Part shown: piece after piece, positions 40,403-50,703 of the stretch
How positions within the stretch are numbered: position 1 is the first letter of the stretch
Layout of the letters: each line of letters begins with the position of its first letter
Source of the DNA: Candidatus Curtissbacteria bacterium
Lineage (GTDB): Bacteria > Patescibacteriota > Microgenomatia > Curtissbacterales > GWA2-41-24
Reading direction: 5' to 3'
Assembly (NCBI GenBank): GCA_030647775.1
Contig: JAUSJC010000010.1
Coordinates: forward strand, 136,718-200,717
DNA length: 64,000 nt
Translations under genes and position numbers: made by a program
Notes under the pieces: generated by a model
Seen by the model: the letters and a program-made list of their open reading frames with translations, nothing else
Told to the model about the DNA's origin: nothing
The model's database searches: none

Positions 40403-40589
40403 ATTTTCTTCTTTCTAGCCCAATTAGACCCGCAATCCTGAAACATAGTTTTATAATCAAATTAAAAACTATGTGAAGGACGAGGATCGCAAAAGGGCTT
40501 ATCTACCCTTTTATATACGCTCAAATCCACTTAAAGTCAATCTAAGATTCAACGTTTAAGATCATCCTATGGCGTGCTAAGATAATTCT

Positions 40590-40961
40590 ATGGAAAAAAG
40601 AGATGGGCTTGCCAAACACCAGGTCGTGAGCTTTAGTCACGCCTTCGATGGTATCGCTTACAACATTAAAACCCAGATCCATTTTAGGATCCATCTGGTT
40701 GCCGCTGTTCTTGTTGTTGTCCTTGGCACATTTTACAAAATTGCGCCATTTGAGTGGATAATTCTAGTAATTTTAATCACAAGCGTTATGGCGGTAGAAG
40801 CCATGAATACCGCGATCGAAGAAACCTGCAATATGATGCATCCGGAAAGCCATCCGCATGCAAGGATGGCGAAACATTGCGCCGCAGCCAGTGTTCTTAT
40901 TTTATCTATCGGTGCGGCAGTTGTCGGGTTCATAATTTTTGTTCCAAAAATCTTCGGATAA
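40590..40961 (+). CDS. dgkA: Diacylglycerol/undecaprenol kinase (DgkA family)
   Basis: SF.HA..G, FRIH, E.MNTAIE, AK..AA. Confidence 0.9.
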   Translation: MEKRDGLAKHQVVSFSHAFDGIAYNIKTQIHFRIHLVAAVLVVVLGTFYKIAPFEWIILVILITSVMAVEAMNTAIEETCNMMHPESHPHARMAKHCAAASVLILSIGAAVVGFIIFVPKIFG

Positions 40962-40989
40962 TTGTAATTTTGTGTTAAAATTCTCCAGA

Positions 40990-42153
40990 GTGAAAAACCC
41001 TACTTTCTTTATCAAGACTTTCGGTTGCCAGCAAAATATGGCGGATAGTCAGCGAATCGCGAGCTTCTATGTTTCCCGCGGTTATAAAATGGCAAAATCG
41101 ATAAGGTCTGCCTCCGAGATTGTCATCAATACATGCATGATCAGACAGACAGCCGAGGATAAAGTAACCGGTCTCGTTAAAAATATCACCAAAATCCGCC
41201 AGCCGGCGGAAAAACCCAAAATTGTTATAACCGGCTGCATGGTCGGAATGGCCACCCGTGACGGAACCGGTAAATACTTAAAAGACCTGCGAAAAAGGAT
41301 GCCTCAAGTAGATGAATTTTTACCATTGGAGGAAGTGGGCTTTGATTATCCGGCACTGCGACAAGATGTTACCCATTCATGGGTTCCCATTTCCAATGGT
41401 TGTAACAATTTCTGCACTTTTTGTGTCGTTCCATTCACTCGGGGTCGTGAAATTTCCAGGCCGCTTGTAGATATCATCGATGAAATCAAAGACCTTGCAA
41501 GACGCGGCGCAAAAGAAGTTACCTTACTTGGCCAAAATGTAAATTCATATGGAGCAGATCTGGTTAAAAAAAATGCACGAGGCTACAAACTTCCAAGCGG
41601 TCGTATAGTAAAACCGGTGATTGTTAAGCATCTTGGCCGTTTTCGCATCCCAACTCTTTTCCCATATCTTCTGGAGGAGGTTTGTAAAATTAAAAGCATA
41701 AAAACCGTAAAATTCATATCATCTAACCCCTGGGATTTTTCCGATAAGCTCATTGATGTTATCGCTCAAAACCCGAAAATCGATAGGAACATACATCTAG
41801 CCGTTCAATCAGGCAACGATACAGTTTTAAAAAGGATGAACAGATGGTACAGAGCCAAAGAGTATTTAAATTTAGTCAACAAAATCAAATCTAAAATTAA
41901 AGGGGCCCAAATTTCAACGGATATTATTGTCGGTTTTCCTGGTGAAACTGAAGAGCAATTCCAAAGTACTATTAAACTGGCAAAGTCTGCCGATTTTGCA
42001 TATGGTTATGTTTCTAAATATTCCTCAAGGCCAAATACTGCGGCGACCAAAGCATTAGGGGACGATGTTTCTCACAAAGAAAAAGACCGCCGTTTCGAGA
42101 TTCTAGACAAATTGATTAATCACAAAGGTACAATCCGTACCGCCGTCCATTAA
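40990..42153 (+). CDS. miaB: MiaB-like radical SAM methylthiotransferase without TRAM domain
   Basis: TFGCQQN.ADS, NTC.IR, GCNNFCTFCVVP, DIIVGFPGETEE; GTG 40990 chosen as start. Confidence 0.85.
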   Translation: MKNPTFFIKTFGCQQNMADSQRIASFYVSRGYKMAKSIRSASEIVINTCMIRQTAEDKVTGLVKNITKIRQPAEKPKIVITGCMVGMATRDGTGKYLKDLRKRMPQVDEFLPLEEVGFDYPALRQDVTHSWVPISNGCNNFCTFCVVPFTRGREISRPLVDIIDEIKDLARRGAKEVTLLGQNVNSYGADLVKKNARGYKLPSGRIVKPVIVKHLGRFRIPTLFPYLLEEVCKIKSIKTVKFISSNPWDFSDKLIDVIAQNPKIDRNIHLAVQSGNDTVLKRMNRWYRAKEYLNLVNKIKSKIKGAQISTDIIVGFPGETEEQFQSTIKLAKSADFAYGYVSKYSSRPNTAATKALGDDVSHKEKDRRFEILDKLINHKGTIRTAVH

Positions 42154-42162
42154 CCAAAATTA

Positions 42163-43428
42163 CTACTTCCAGGTTTTAAACCACATGTACTGACCAATCG
42201 ATGAAGTTTTTATTGGCAATCCGGATGTAATTGGATAAAAATAAAAGAAAGTTACAGCAAAAATGGCAATAATTACAATAACTGCAAGCCGATTTCTTTT
42301 CCATAACTTTGAAAGTAGAAGACCAATCGCAATAGAAAGAAAGGGGATCGACGGCAGGTAGTGGTACATAAAAAGTATCCTTGGTGCAAAAATCCAAGGC
42401 ACCCAGAAGATAAAATAGCCTAGTAGAACCAAGATCAGCTCTTTTTGCGGTTTCACCATCAAACTTCGCAAAAGATAAATGATTGCCGCGATTCCGAACC
42501 AATAAATTAGCGGATTGCCAAGCGCATAAATATATCCGGCTTTTTGTCCGTATTGCTCGTACGAAAAATATATAGGCCGGGCGTCCAATATCCACGGACA
42601 AAAAGTTTTGGCTCCTTCCAAACCGCTTGGAGCGCAATAAATTGCAGTTGTTCCGTACGGATGTTTTAAATCATGTCGATTCTGGTACCACCATATTTGT
42701 TTATGCAAATTTATAAAATCCTGGACATTGTGGCCTTGCAGCCAGAATTGTCCATACGAAGAGACGTAAATCAAAAGAGGCAATATCAATAGAAGCAAAT
42801 TATTTTTTTTAAATATGCCCGTCTTCAAATCCATAAAGAAGATATAAATAAAAATAGTAACAATTGCATAAATGCCCGACCACTTAGAGGCAACAGCCAG
42901 CCCTAAAAAAACAGAGGTTGCCAGCAAATATTTAAATTTGCGTCGCTTGACATAAAGTGAGGTAAATATGAATGCGGAAATGGTAAAAAAAGTCAAGAAT
43001 ATATCGTTCATGGCAATCCTTGACATCACCAAAGTTAGATTTTCAAAGGCTATAACAAATGCCACAAAAATCGCCGCTGTTCGTCCAAAAACTAAATACG
43101 CAAGTATGAATGTCGCCGGAATAATTGCCGTCCCAAAAATTGCGCTTGGTAGTCGCCATCCAGTCGGATTATCGCCAATAATTTTTATTGATCCTGCCTG
43201 AATTAATTTGGCAAGTGGCGGATGTAGCCAGTCGAAAGCTGTTTTTTCTTCCGGTGGAGGTGAAAACGGGTCATAAGCAGCGGGATTATTGGCGGCATAC
43301 GCCCTGGCTGTAACAACATGGTAAACCTCATCAAAATAATAATGATTTGGTTCGGATAACCTGTAAAGCCGGATTAAAAGCGAAAAGGAAGTAATAACAA
43401 TTAGAAAAATGAAGAGTTTCCTACTCAT
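42163..43428 (-). CDS. PMT-family (GT-C) protein O-mannosyltransferase-like
   Basis: YYFDEVY, HPPLAK, GWR, KWSG, HPY, F.YHYLP. Confidence 0.88.
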   Translation of the reverse strand: MSRKLFIFLIVITSFSLLIRLYRLSEPNHYYFDEVYHVVTARAYAANNPAAYDPFSPPPEEKTAFDWLHPPLAKLIQAGSIKIIGDNPTGWRLPSAIFGTAIIPATFILAYLVFGRTAAIFVAFVIAFENLTLVMSRIAMNDIFLTFFTISAFIFTSLYVKRRKFKYLLATSVFLGLAVASKWSGIYAIVTIFIYIFFMDLKTGIFKKNNLLLLILPLLIYVSSYGQFWLQGHNVQDFINLHKQIWWYQNRHDLKHPYGTTAIYCAPSGLEGAKTFCPWILDARPIYFSYEQYGQKAGYIYALGNPLIYWFGIAAIIYLLRSLMVKPQKELILVLLGYFIFWVPWIFAPRILFMYHYLPSIPFLSIAIGLLLSKLWKRNRLAVIVIIAIFAVTFFYFYPITSGLPIKTSSIGQYMWFKTWK

Positions 43429-43455
43429 ATTAGAAGTATATATAATAAATTGCAG

Positions 43456-45099
43456 ATGTCTAGATCAGAGAAGTTATATTTTTTACTAACCTTTGGCATT
43501 TTCGGCTTCCTTTATTTTCACATGAGTCAAAATATGCTCCAGATAAAACCGGACGGGTGGTATGTAGGTCACATTAACCTCTACGGCGATTTAGTTTTTC
43601 ACCTGACCCTAATTAATAAATTTCTATCGTCAAATAAATTCGTCATCGACAACCCGATTATGGCTGGGACCAAAGTGGGTTATCCAATACTTGCCGATTT
43701 AATAACTGCTCAAATTGCCAGAGTTACGAATTTAAGTTTCGCCCTATTTATAACGACTTTTTCGATCGGGCTTCTCGGGATTTACACGGCCAGACTTTTT
43801 ATTAAAAATTTCTTTAAAAATGAAAAAATAGTTTTTCTTTCTCTTTTATTATTTTTTGTTAATGGCGGATTTGGATTTTATTATTTCTTTCAGGATCTAT
43901 TTTTTTCACAAAAACCGCTTCTTAAATTTCTTACGAGTTTGCCGCGTCAATATACCGATATCAAAGAGAACGGTTACTGGTGGATCAATACTTATTTGGC
44001 ATATTTTTTGCCCCAAAGATCCTTCCTTTTCGTTTTCCCACTCACTTTAGTAGTTTTAATTCTTTTGTATAGGGGAGCAAAGGCAAATCGGAGAAAATAT
44101 TTTTTCCTTGCCGGGCTTCTTTCGGGAGTTTTACCACTGGTGCAAGCACATAGCTTGTTCTTTGTATTTTTAATCTCACTCATGGTTTGCCCGCTTTCTA
44201 TTCTTAAGTCTAAGAACCAAAAAGCAATGCTTGGGAATTGGCTCATTTTTGCACTGATTACCGCATTTTTGTCTGTACCAATCTTGACGGCGATTGCGCC
44301 TTCTCAAAACTTTTTACATTTCATAGCGTATAAACCGGGCTGGACCGCTGGAGAAAACATTATTTGGTTTTGGCTAAAAAATCTTGGGTTATTTGCTCCG
44401 ATGCTTGTTATTTCGCTTATATGGCTCTTCAAAAAAAATAAAAATCTTTTCTATATCTATTTACCATTCCTTGCCGTTTTTATACTTTCAAACATTTTCA
44501 TCTTCCAGCCCTGGGATTTTGATAACAGCAAACTTTTAGTTTACTGGTTTTTTGCATCTTGCATTGTCGTTGCCTATTTTCTCTATGACCAATTTTTCCT
44601 GGAAACTTTTTTTAAAAAAATCGCAGGGGTCGTTATTGTGTTTTTAATGATTTTTGCCGGTTCTATTGATATATTCCGAACCTTTACACCGGCCACAAAT
44701 TATAGAATTTTTTCAAATCAGGATCTTGAAGTGGCGGACAATATCAAAAAGGCTACTTCCAAAGATTCTATATTTGTTACGGCCTCAAACCATAATAACC
44801 CAATTGCCGCCATAAGCGGCAGGTCAATCTTTTTAGGATTTGCAGGCTGGCTTTGGAGTCATGGAGTTGACTATAGCCAAAGAGAAAAAGACGTCCGCCT
44901 AATTTATTTAGGCGGACAAGAGTCAGAGTCTTTAATAAAACAATACGGAATAAATTATGTTACCATTGGCCCACAAGAAAGGGCACAGTTTTCAATAAAT
45001 GAAAGTTACTTCCAAAAATACCCAAGTCTCACCCCGGGCGAAGGTTGGCAAATTATCGATGTTAGTAGTATTTGGACCAACGTCGACAGGCAAAACTAA
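43456..45099 (+). CDS. Multi-pass membrane protein, GT-C glycosyltransferase-like
   Basis: Many transmembrane segments; GDL.FH, YP...D, LPQR, WD.DN.K, GWLWSHG. Confidence 0.75.
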   Translation: MSRSEKLYFLLTFGIFGFLYFHMSQNMLQIKPDGWYVGHINLYGDLVFHLTLINKFLSSNKFVIDNPIMAGTKVGYPILADLITAQIARVTNLSFALFITTFSIGLLGIYTARLFIKNFFKNEKIVFLSLLLFFVNGGFGFYYFFQDLFFSQKPLLKFLTSLPRQYTDIKENGYWWINTYLAYFLPQRSFLFVFPLTLVVLILLYRGAKANRRKYFFLAGLLSGVLPLVQAHSLFFVFLISLMVCPLSILKSKNQKAMLGNWLIFALITAFLSVPILTAIAPSQNFLHFIAYKPGWTAGENIIWFWLKNLGLFAPMLVISLIWLFKKNKNLFYIYLPFLAVFILSNIFIFQPWDFDNSKLLVYWFFASCIVVAYFLYDQFFLETFFKKIAGVVIVFLMIFAGSIDIFRTFTPATNYRIFSNQDLEVADNIKKATSKDSIFVTASNHNNPIAAISGRSIFLGFAGWLWSHGVDYSQREKDVRLIYLGGQESESLIKQYGINYVTIGPQERAQFSINESYFQKYPSLTPGEGWQIIDVSSIWTNVDRQN

Positions 45100-45997
45100 T
45101 CTGGCAATTTCTCTTGCTAAAAAATTTAACGGTGAGTTAATTTCTGCCGATTCCCGCCAGGTTTACAAAAATCTCGATATTGGAACCGGCAAAGTAAGCC
45201 CCGAATCAAAAATAAAAAAGCACAGTAAGTATTGGAAAGTAGACGGGATAAAAATTCACGGCTTTGACTTAGTAGAACCTGGCGATTGTTTCACGGTTTT
45301 TGATTTCCTAAAATTCGCAACCGACAAAATCAACGATTTAAAAAAACAACAAAAACTGCCAATAATTGTTGGGGGTACTGCCTTTTACATAAATGCTCTA
45401 TTAAAAGGGGTAGATACAGAAGGTATCGCTCCAAATTATAAACTAAGGTCAGTTCTGGAAAAGCTAAGCATACCGGACCTTTACAAAAAGCTTCTAAATA
45501 TTAATCCACAAAAAGCTACCTCTTTGAATCAGTCAGATAAAAATAACCCTAGGCGCTTGATAAGGGCAATCGAAATAAATCTTTCCAAAGTAAATCAGCA
45601 CAAGAGCCCCAGGCCAATTACGGAGCGGCTGTTAACAGTGGGCTTAACTGCCCCCAACGATTATCTCTATACAACCGCCGACAAGTGGCTCAAGGCAAGA
45701 TTAGACCAGGGCATGATCCAGGAGGTCGGGAGTCTGATTAAAAGTGGTGTAAACGGGGTTTGGCTGGATAATCTAGGTTTAGAATATCGGTGGATTACCA
45801 GATACATACAAGGGCAGATCAGCTTAGATGATGCGTTGGAAAGATTAAAGGGCGATATTCATGGTCTGATAAGGAGACAAAAAACCTGGTTTCCGAAATT
45901 CGAAGATATGAAAGTCTTCGACATAACAAATAGTAACTGGAGACAAGAATTAGAAAAAACCATCTCTCTCCAGGATTTGCCAATATCTCACTCCTGA
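45059..45997 (+). CDS. miaA: tRNA dimethylallyltransferase
   Basis: GPTSTGKT, ISADSRQVY, GTGK, VGGT.FY, RRQKTWF. Confidence 0.96.
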   Translation: MLVVFGPTSTGKTNLAISLAKKFNGELISADSRQVYKNLDIGTGKVSPESKIKKHSKYWKVDGIKIHGFDLVEPGDCFTVFDFLKFATDKINDLKKQQKLPIIVGGTAFYINALLKGVDTEGIAPNYKLRSVLEKLSIPDLYKKLLNINPQKATSLNQSDKNNPRRLIRAIEINLSKVNQHKSPRPITERLLTVGLTAPNDYLYTTADKWLKARLDQGMIQEVGSLIKSGVNGVWLDNLGLEYRWITRYIQGQISLDDALERLKGDIHGLIRRQKTWFPKFEDMKVFDITNSNWRQELEKTISLQDLPISHS

Positions 45998-46012
45998 GAT
46001 ATACTCGTTCCA

Positions 46013-47029
46013 GTGGATAAAAACAACACGCCTCTCAGAATAGAAATCTCTTATAAAACTATAGTTTTTATTGCTCTTTTTGGCATAGGTCTATGGTTGC
46101 TAATACAGATCAAATCAATTATTATACTAGTTTTTCTAGGCCTCATATTAATTTCGGCTCTTCTAAAACCTGTTGAATGGCTCAGCGCCAGAAAAGTCCC
46201 AAGACCGCTAGCTGTACTTATTATTTATATTTCACTAATAGCAATAATCTCGTTTGTGATTGGAATTATTATTCCGCCACTTGTCTCTCAAACATCCCAA
46301 TTCGTTTCAGACTTACCCAAAATAATTTCCTCAATAAATGATTTTATCGTTTTTAATAAAATACCGGTAGACGATGTATCTAAGGTTATATCCGGACAAA
46401 TTAATCAAGTAGCCAGTAATGCAGTATATATCTCGACCGCGATCTTTTCGAGTATATTTTTCCTTCTGATGCTTATAGTATTGAGTTTTTATCTTCTTTT
46501 AGACTGGAAAACATTTGTGAAGTTAATCTCGTCACCTTTTTCTGGAAGACAAGAGACTAGAGTAGTAGATTTAATTTCAAAAATTGAAAGAGGTTTAGGT
46601 GTATGGGTAAGAGGACAACTTACACTTTCACTACTCGTGGGTGTACTCACTTATATTGGCCTAACAATTTTAGGAATACCCTTTGCCATTCCACTGGCGC
46701 TAGTTGCTGGAATTATGGAAATAATCCCAATCATCGGGCCAATCGTCTCCGCAGTCCCAGCGCTTTTAGTTGGCCTAACGATCAGTCCGGTAATGAGCTT
46801 GGCAGTTATTGCGCTGTTTTTTATCATTCAACAGCTTGAGAACCATTTAATAGTTCCTATGGTCATGTCCAAAGTAGTCGGTCTTCAGCCGGCCGCCGTA
46901 ATAATTGCGCTTTTGATCGGAGCTAAATTAGACGGCATAGGTGGAGCATTTCTGGCTATCCCGGTAGTTCTTGTCATTAAAATTATTATTAAAGATTTTA
47001 TAGCCGAAGGAAAGATCGAGAATAAATAG
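46013..47029 (+). CDS. AI-2E family transporter
   Basis: RGQL, IPIIGP, QQLENH.IVP, G..GAFLAIP. Confidence 0.93.
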   Translation: MDKNNTPLRIEISYKTIVFIALFGIGLWLLIQIKSIIILVFLGLILISALLKPVEWLSARKVPRPLAVLIIYISLIAIISFVIGIIIPPLVSQTSQFVSDLPKIISSINDFIVFNKIPVDDVSKVISGQINQVASNAVYISTAIFSSIFFLLMLIVLSFYLLLDWKTFVKLISSPFSGRQETRVVDLISKIERGLGVWVRGQLTLSLLVGVLTYIGLTILGIPFAIPLALVAGIMEIIPIIGPIVSAVPALLVGLTISPVMSLAVIALFFIIQQLENHLIVPMVMSKVVGLQPAAVIIALLIGAKLDGIGGAFLAIPVVLVIKIIIKDFIAEGKIENK

Positions 47030-47031
47030 AC

Positions 47032-47480
47032 TTTTAGGAAGAGAGTAAGCCAGATTCTGTTTGGAACAGATCTGTCTTGCGATAGTTCCATCCTTACGGA
47101 TGTAGTACCTATCTAAAGCCAGATTCTGTTTTAGCAATCATCTATCTCTAAACGATATTTATCATCTAGTCAGCGTTTTAAGCTGATGCCCCTATTTAGA
47201 ACCTCCCCAAAGCTTGGTAGTAACGGTTCTGTTCTGGGTTGCAGCAGGGAGGATTGCCAGCGTTTCACTCGTCAGTCTTATCTTTCGATTTAGACTGTCG
47301 CTCGTCTCTGTGGCTCTCAAGTTCTGTTAACTCAGAACCCGTCCAAATCAATTTCTCAATTCGGCACTAGCGCTTTTACACGTCGGAACTTACGTTCCAT
47401 CCCTTGCTTTGTGCTGTCTGGACTTTCCTCCCCGCCTAAATATTCAATTTTTGGCGGGGCGATTGCCCTTCTTCCTAAAA
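47032..47480 (-). ncRNA. rnpB: RNase P RNA
   Basis: GAGGAAAGTCC, GCCACAGAGACG, GTGAAAC, ACAGAATCTGGCTTA; P1 ttttaggaag/cttcctaaaa and P2 gcaatc/gattgc pair. Confidence 0.93.
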
Positions 47481-47597
47481 GCGAAACGAATTATACTAAA
47501 AATTGCCATATTTTTCAATTTCCCTCATTAAAAGATTGAGCATAATTATTGATAGGGAATGCAGGAATGTTGTATCTTATAGTCAACTGCCCCACTT

Positions 47598-47741
47598 ATG
47601 GCTGTTGAAGGACAAGGATCTAAACCTGAATTTGATCCGAAGACTACTGCGGATCATGTAAAAGCAGACGCTCCCCTTGCGTCGTCATTAGTGGAGTACT
47701 GTTGGCTCCCAACGATCTTCGACCGATTTCTAAGCAAGTGA
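47598..47741 (+). CDS. Possible 47-aa ORF or gene remnant
   Basis: Hand translation MAVEGQGSKPEFDPK...; nothing else occupies this gap. Confidence 0.25.
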   Translation: MAVEGQGSKPEFDPKTTADHVKADAPLASSLVEYCWLPTIFDRFLSK

Positions 47742-47871
47742 TAGACGCGATTAGGTTACACAAAAGTTAAATTTTAATACTACCCTTTCGAGTAAATCTC
47801 AATACTGATATATCGTCCCCGGATTATTGCTTAAATAGAAAAAAGCGCTTGGCTGTTGTATCATTACCAAA

Positions 47872-50703
47872 ATGATTCACGAAATCAGAGTTATTTCTAA
47901 GAGTGAGACGGATCCTAGAGGGCAGGATCTTCTGGAGGAAATCCGAAGAACCCTAAAAATTAAGTCGATCAAAAATATTCGCACTGCCAAGGTTTATCGT
48001 TTGGAAGGCGTAACCCGCGCGCAGGCTCTTGTTTTTGCCCAAAAAGTTTTAGTCGAACCTATCGGCCAGCAGATGTCTATCGGCCGATCAGCCTTAAAAG
48101 GAGCGGCAAAAACCATCGAAGTAGCTTATAAACCAGGCGTCATGAACCCGGAAGCCGCATCGCTTATAAAAGCCGGCAAAGACATACGTGTAAACCCAAA
48201 AGCAGCAGATTCTTCATGGGAATATGCTTTCTTCGGAAAGTTATCACAAGACGAGCTGGCGGAAATTACTGAAAGGTTGCTAGTCAATAAAACGGTTGAA
48301 TACGTTGTCAAAACTTCTCCAAAAACTCTTCTTATTACAGGTACCATTGGAGACATCAAAACAATTCCGATCAGGAATTTAGATACGGGAAAGTTGATGG
48401 AACTTTCAAAAGATAAGCTCTTCTTAAATTTGGAGGAGATGATGATTTTAAAAAATTATTTCCAAAAAATTAAAAGAGATCCAACAGATTGTGAGGTAGA
48501 AACTATTGCCCAGACTTGGAGCGAACACTGCGTTCATAAAACCTTTAAGGCAAAGCTTGTAATCGACGGCAAAAATAAAGAACCGTTATTTTCCCGAATT
48601 AAAAAAACAGTTAAAAATAATCCGGCACTTATTGTCAGCGCTTTTGTTGATAATTCCGGAGTCATTGATTTTTATGACGGATACGCTATTTGTGGTAAAG
48701 CTGAAACCCACAACAGCCCTTCAGCTATCGAGCCCTATGGTGGGGCAATGACCGGTTCCGGCGGAGTCTTCCGCGATGTTCTGGGAACCGGTCAGGGCGC
48801 AAAACCAATCATTTCTACAGACATCTTTTGTTTTGCGTCTCCCAATATGCCCCCAAAATTACTGCCCCCGGGTTGTTTGCCGCCTGATTATTTGCTGCGA
48901 AAGGTTGTAGCCGGAGTTCGTGATTATGGCAACCGCGTTGGTATCCCGACCAATAATGGATCAATCCATTTTCATAACGATTTCAGGGCAAAGCCTACTG
49001 TGGCAGTTGGCGCTTTTGGTTTGATTCCCAAAAATCGGGCCCAAAAAGGTAAACCCAAAAAAGGTGATCTCATCTTAACTCTTGGTGGGAGAACCGGCCG
49101 TGATGGCATCCATGGTGCAACATTTTCTTCGGGGGAAATGACATCTCAGACCATTTCTGTTTCCGGTTCAGCTGTTCAAATCGGCAACGCCATTGAAGAA
49201 AAAAGAGTCATAGATACCATTATTCACCTGCGAGACCTCGGTCTAATTGTCGCTGTTACGGATTGCGGAGCCGGTGGATATTCGTCGGCTGCCGGAGAAA
49301 TGGGTCAAGTTGTTGGCGCCCGTGTTTATCTGGAAAAAGTTCCTCTCAAATATCCCGGCCTTGCCCCTTGGGAAATATTTCTTTCAGAGTCTCAGGAAAG
49401 AATGGTTATTGCCACTGATCAAAAAAACCTCAAGAAAGTATTAGAAATTGCCAAACTCTACAATGTCGAGGCGACCGTAATCGGAAATTTTGACGGATCA
49501 AAGAAACTTCATGTAAGTTACAAAAATAAAACAGTCTGTTCTTTGAACATGGACTTTTTACATAGCGGTTTGCCTCAGCGCCGAATGGTTGGTAGGTCGA
49601 AGAGAGTGGCCATCGGAGGGGAATTACCGTCCGTTCCTAAAGATTTAGAAAAAATATTTTTGCGGATTTTATCTCACGGCAATGTTTGCTCCAAAGAACC
49701 AATTGTCCGTCTTTACGATCACAATGTTCAAGGGACAAATGCTATGCACCCATTTGGTGGAGTGGACTTTGATGCTCCGAATGACGGGGCGATTGTCCGC
49801 CCGATTCTTTCTAAACCATACGGAGTTGTAGTAACTCATGGCCTGAATCCAGCCCTTAACAACCTTGATCCTTATTGGGGAAGCATTTGGGCTCTTACTG
49901 AAGCCGTTTCCAATTTTGTTGCCATTGGCGGGAAAATAAAAGATGCAGCCTTAATAGACAATTTTATCTGGCCATTCCCGGATGAAGAATCTTTGGCAGC
50001 ACTAGATAGCGCGGTCGACGCACTTTGTTTCTTGGCCAAAATTTTAAAAATGCCCTTTATTTCCGGTAAAGATAGCCTGTCTTCAACTTACAGATATCCG
50101 GACGGAAGAATCTTAAAAATACCTCCGGTCGTTTTAATTTCCGTTTTCGGAAAAATTAAAGACGTTGCTAAAACTGTCAGCTCTGATTTCAAAAAAGTAG
50201 GGTCAACGATTGTGCTGGTTGGTAACCCCGACGTTAAAAATCTTGGTGCTTCCGCTTATTTTGATATTACAAACTCATCGTCACCTAGTATCCCTAAAGT
50301 CGACACTAAAAATATAAATAAAGTTTTAGAAAGCATCTCTCAGGCAGTTGAAAGCGGACAAATTCTCTCCTGTCACGATATCTCCGAAGGCGGTGTTGCA
50401 ACAACTCTTGCAGAAATGGCTTTTGGGGGCGGATGTGGAGCAAGCATCAATATAGCCAAAATTACCAAAGGAAGACCGGATTTTGTTTTATTTTCTGAAA
50501 CAGCTGGAACCTTTTTAGTAGAAGTCGAAAGTGTCCAAATCGCCAAAAAGGCTTTCGCCGGCGTTCCTCACAAAATAATAGGCGAAACTCAGGAGGAAGA
50601 AATAATCGAAATTAATGCCGGCCAAAAGACTTTATTAAAAACACCAATCAAAAAGTTAAAAAATGCTTGGCAAAAACCGATGAAGGAGATTTTTCACCAG
50701 TGA
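47872..50703 (+). CDS. purL: FGAM synthase PurL with N-terminal PurS-like fusion
   Basis: WSEHC.HK, ETHNSPS, TGRDGIHGA, SESQERM, SGKDS, HDISEGG. Confidence 0.96.
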   Translation: MIHEIRVISKSETDPRGQDLLEEIRRTLKIKSIKNIRTAKVYRLEGVTRAQALVFAQKVLVEPIGQQMSIGRSALKGAAKTIEVAYKPGVMNPEAASLIKAGKDIRVNPKAADSSWEYAFFGKLSQDELAEITERLLVNKTVEYVVKTSPKTLLITGTIGDIKTIPIRNLDTGKLMELSKDKLFLNLEEMMILKNYFQKIKRDPTDCEVETIAQTWSEHCVHKTFKAKLVIDGKNKEPLFSRIKKTVKNNPALIVSAFVDNSGVIDFYDGYAICGKAETHNSPSAIEPYGGAMTGSGGVFRDVLGTGQGAKPIISTDIFCFASPNMPPKLLPPGCLPPDYLLRKVVAGVRDYGNRVGIPTNNGSIHFHNDFRAKPTVAVGAFGLIPKNRAQKGKPKKGDLILTLGGRTGRDGIHGATFSSGEMTSQTISVSGSAVQIGNAIEEKRVIDTIIHLRDLGLIVAVTDCGAGGYSSAAGEMGQVVGARVYLEKVPLKYPGLAPWEIFLSESQERMVIATDQKNLKKVLEIAKLYNVEATVIGNFDGSKKLHVSYKNKTVCSLNMDFLHSGLPQRRMVGRSKRVAIGGELPSVPKDLEKIFLRILSHGNVCSKEPIVRLYDHNVQGTNAMHPFGGVDFDAPNDGAIVRPILSKPYGVVVTHGLNPALNNLDPYWGSIWALTEAVSNFVAIGGKIKDAALIDNFIWPFPDEESLAALDSAVDALCFLAKILKMPFISGKDSLSSTYRYPDGRILKIPPVVLISVFGKIKDVAKTVSSDFKKVGSTIVLVGNPDVKNLGASAYFDITNSSSPSIPKVDTKNINKVLESISQAVESGQILSCHDISEGGVATTLAEMAFGGGCGASINIAKITKGRPDFVLFSETAGTFLVEVESVQIAKKAFAGVPHKIIGETQEEEIIEINAGQKTLLKTPIKKLKNAWQKPMKEIFHQ

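Noticed and set aside
47480-47871. Purine, ZTP or PRPP riboswitch upstream of purL
   Set aside because: No recognisable aptamer consensus, and a -10 box 7 nt before the ATG suggests no leader.
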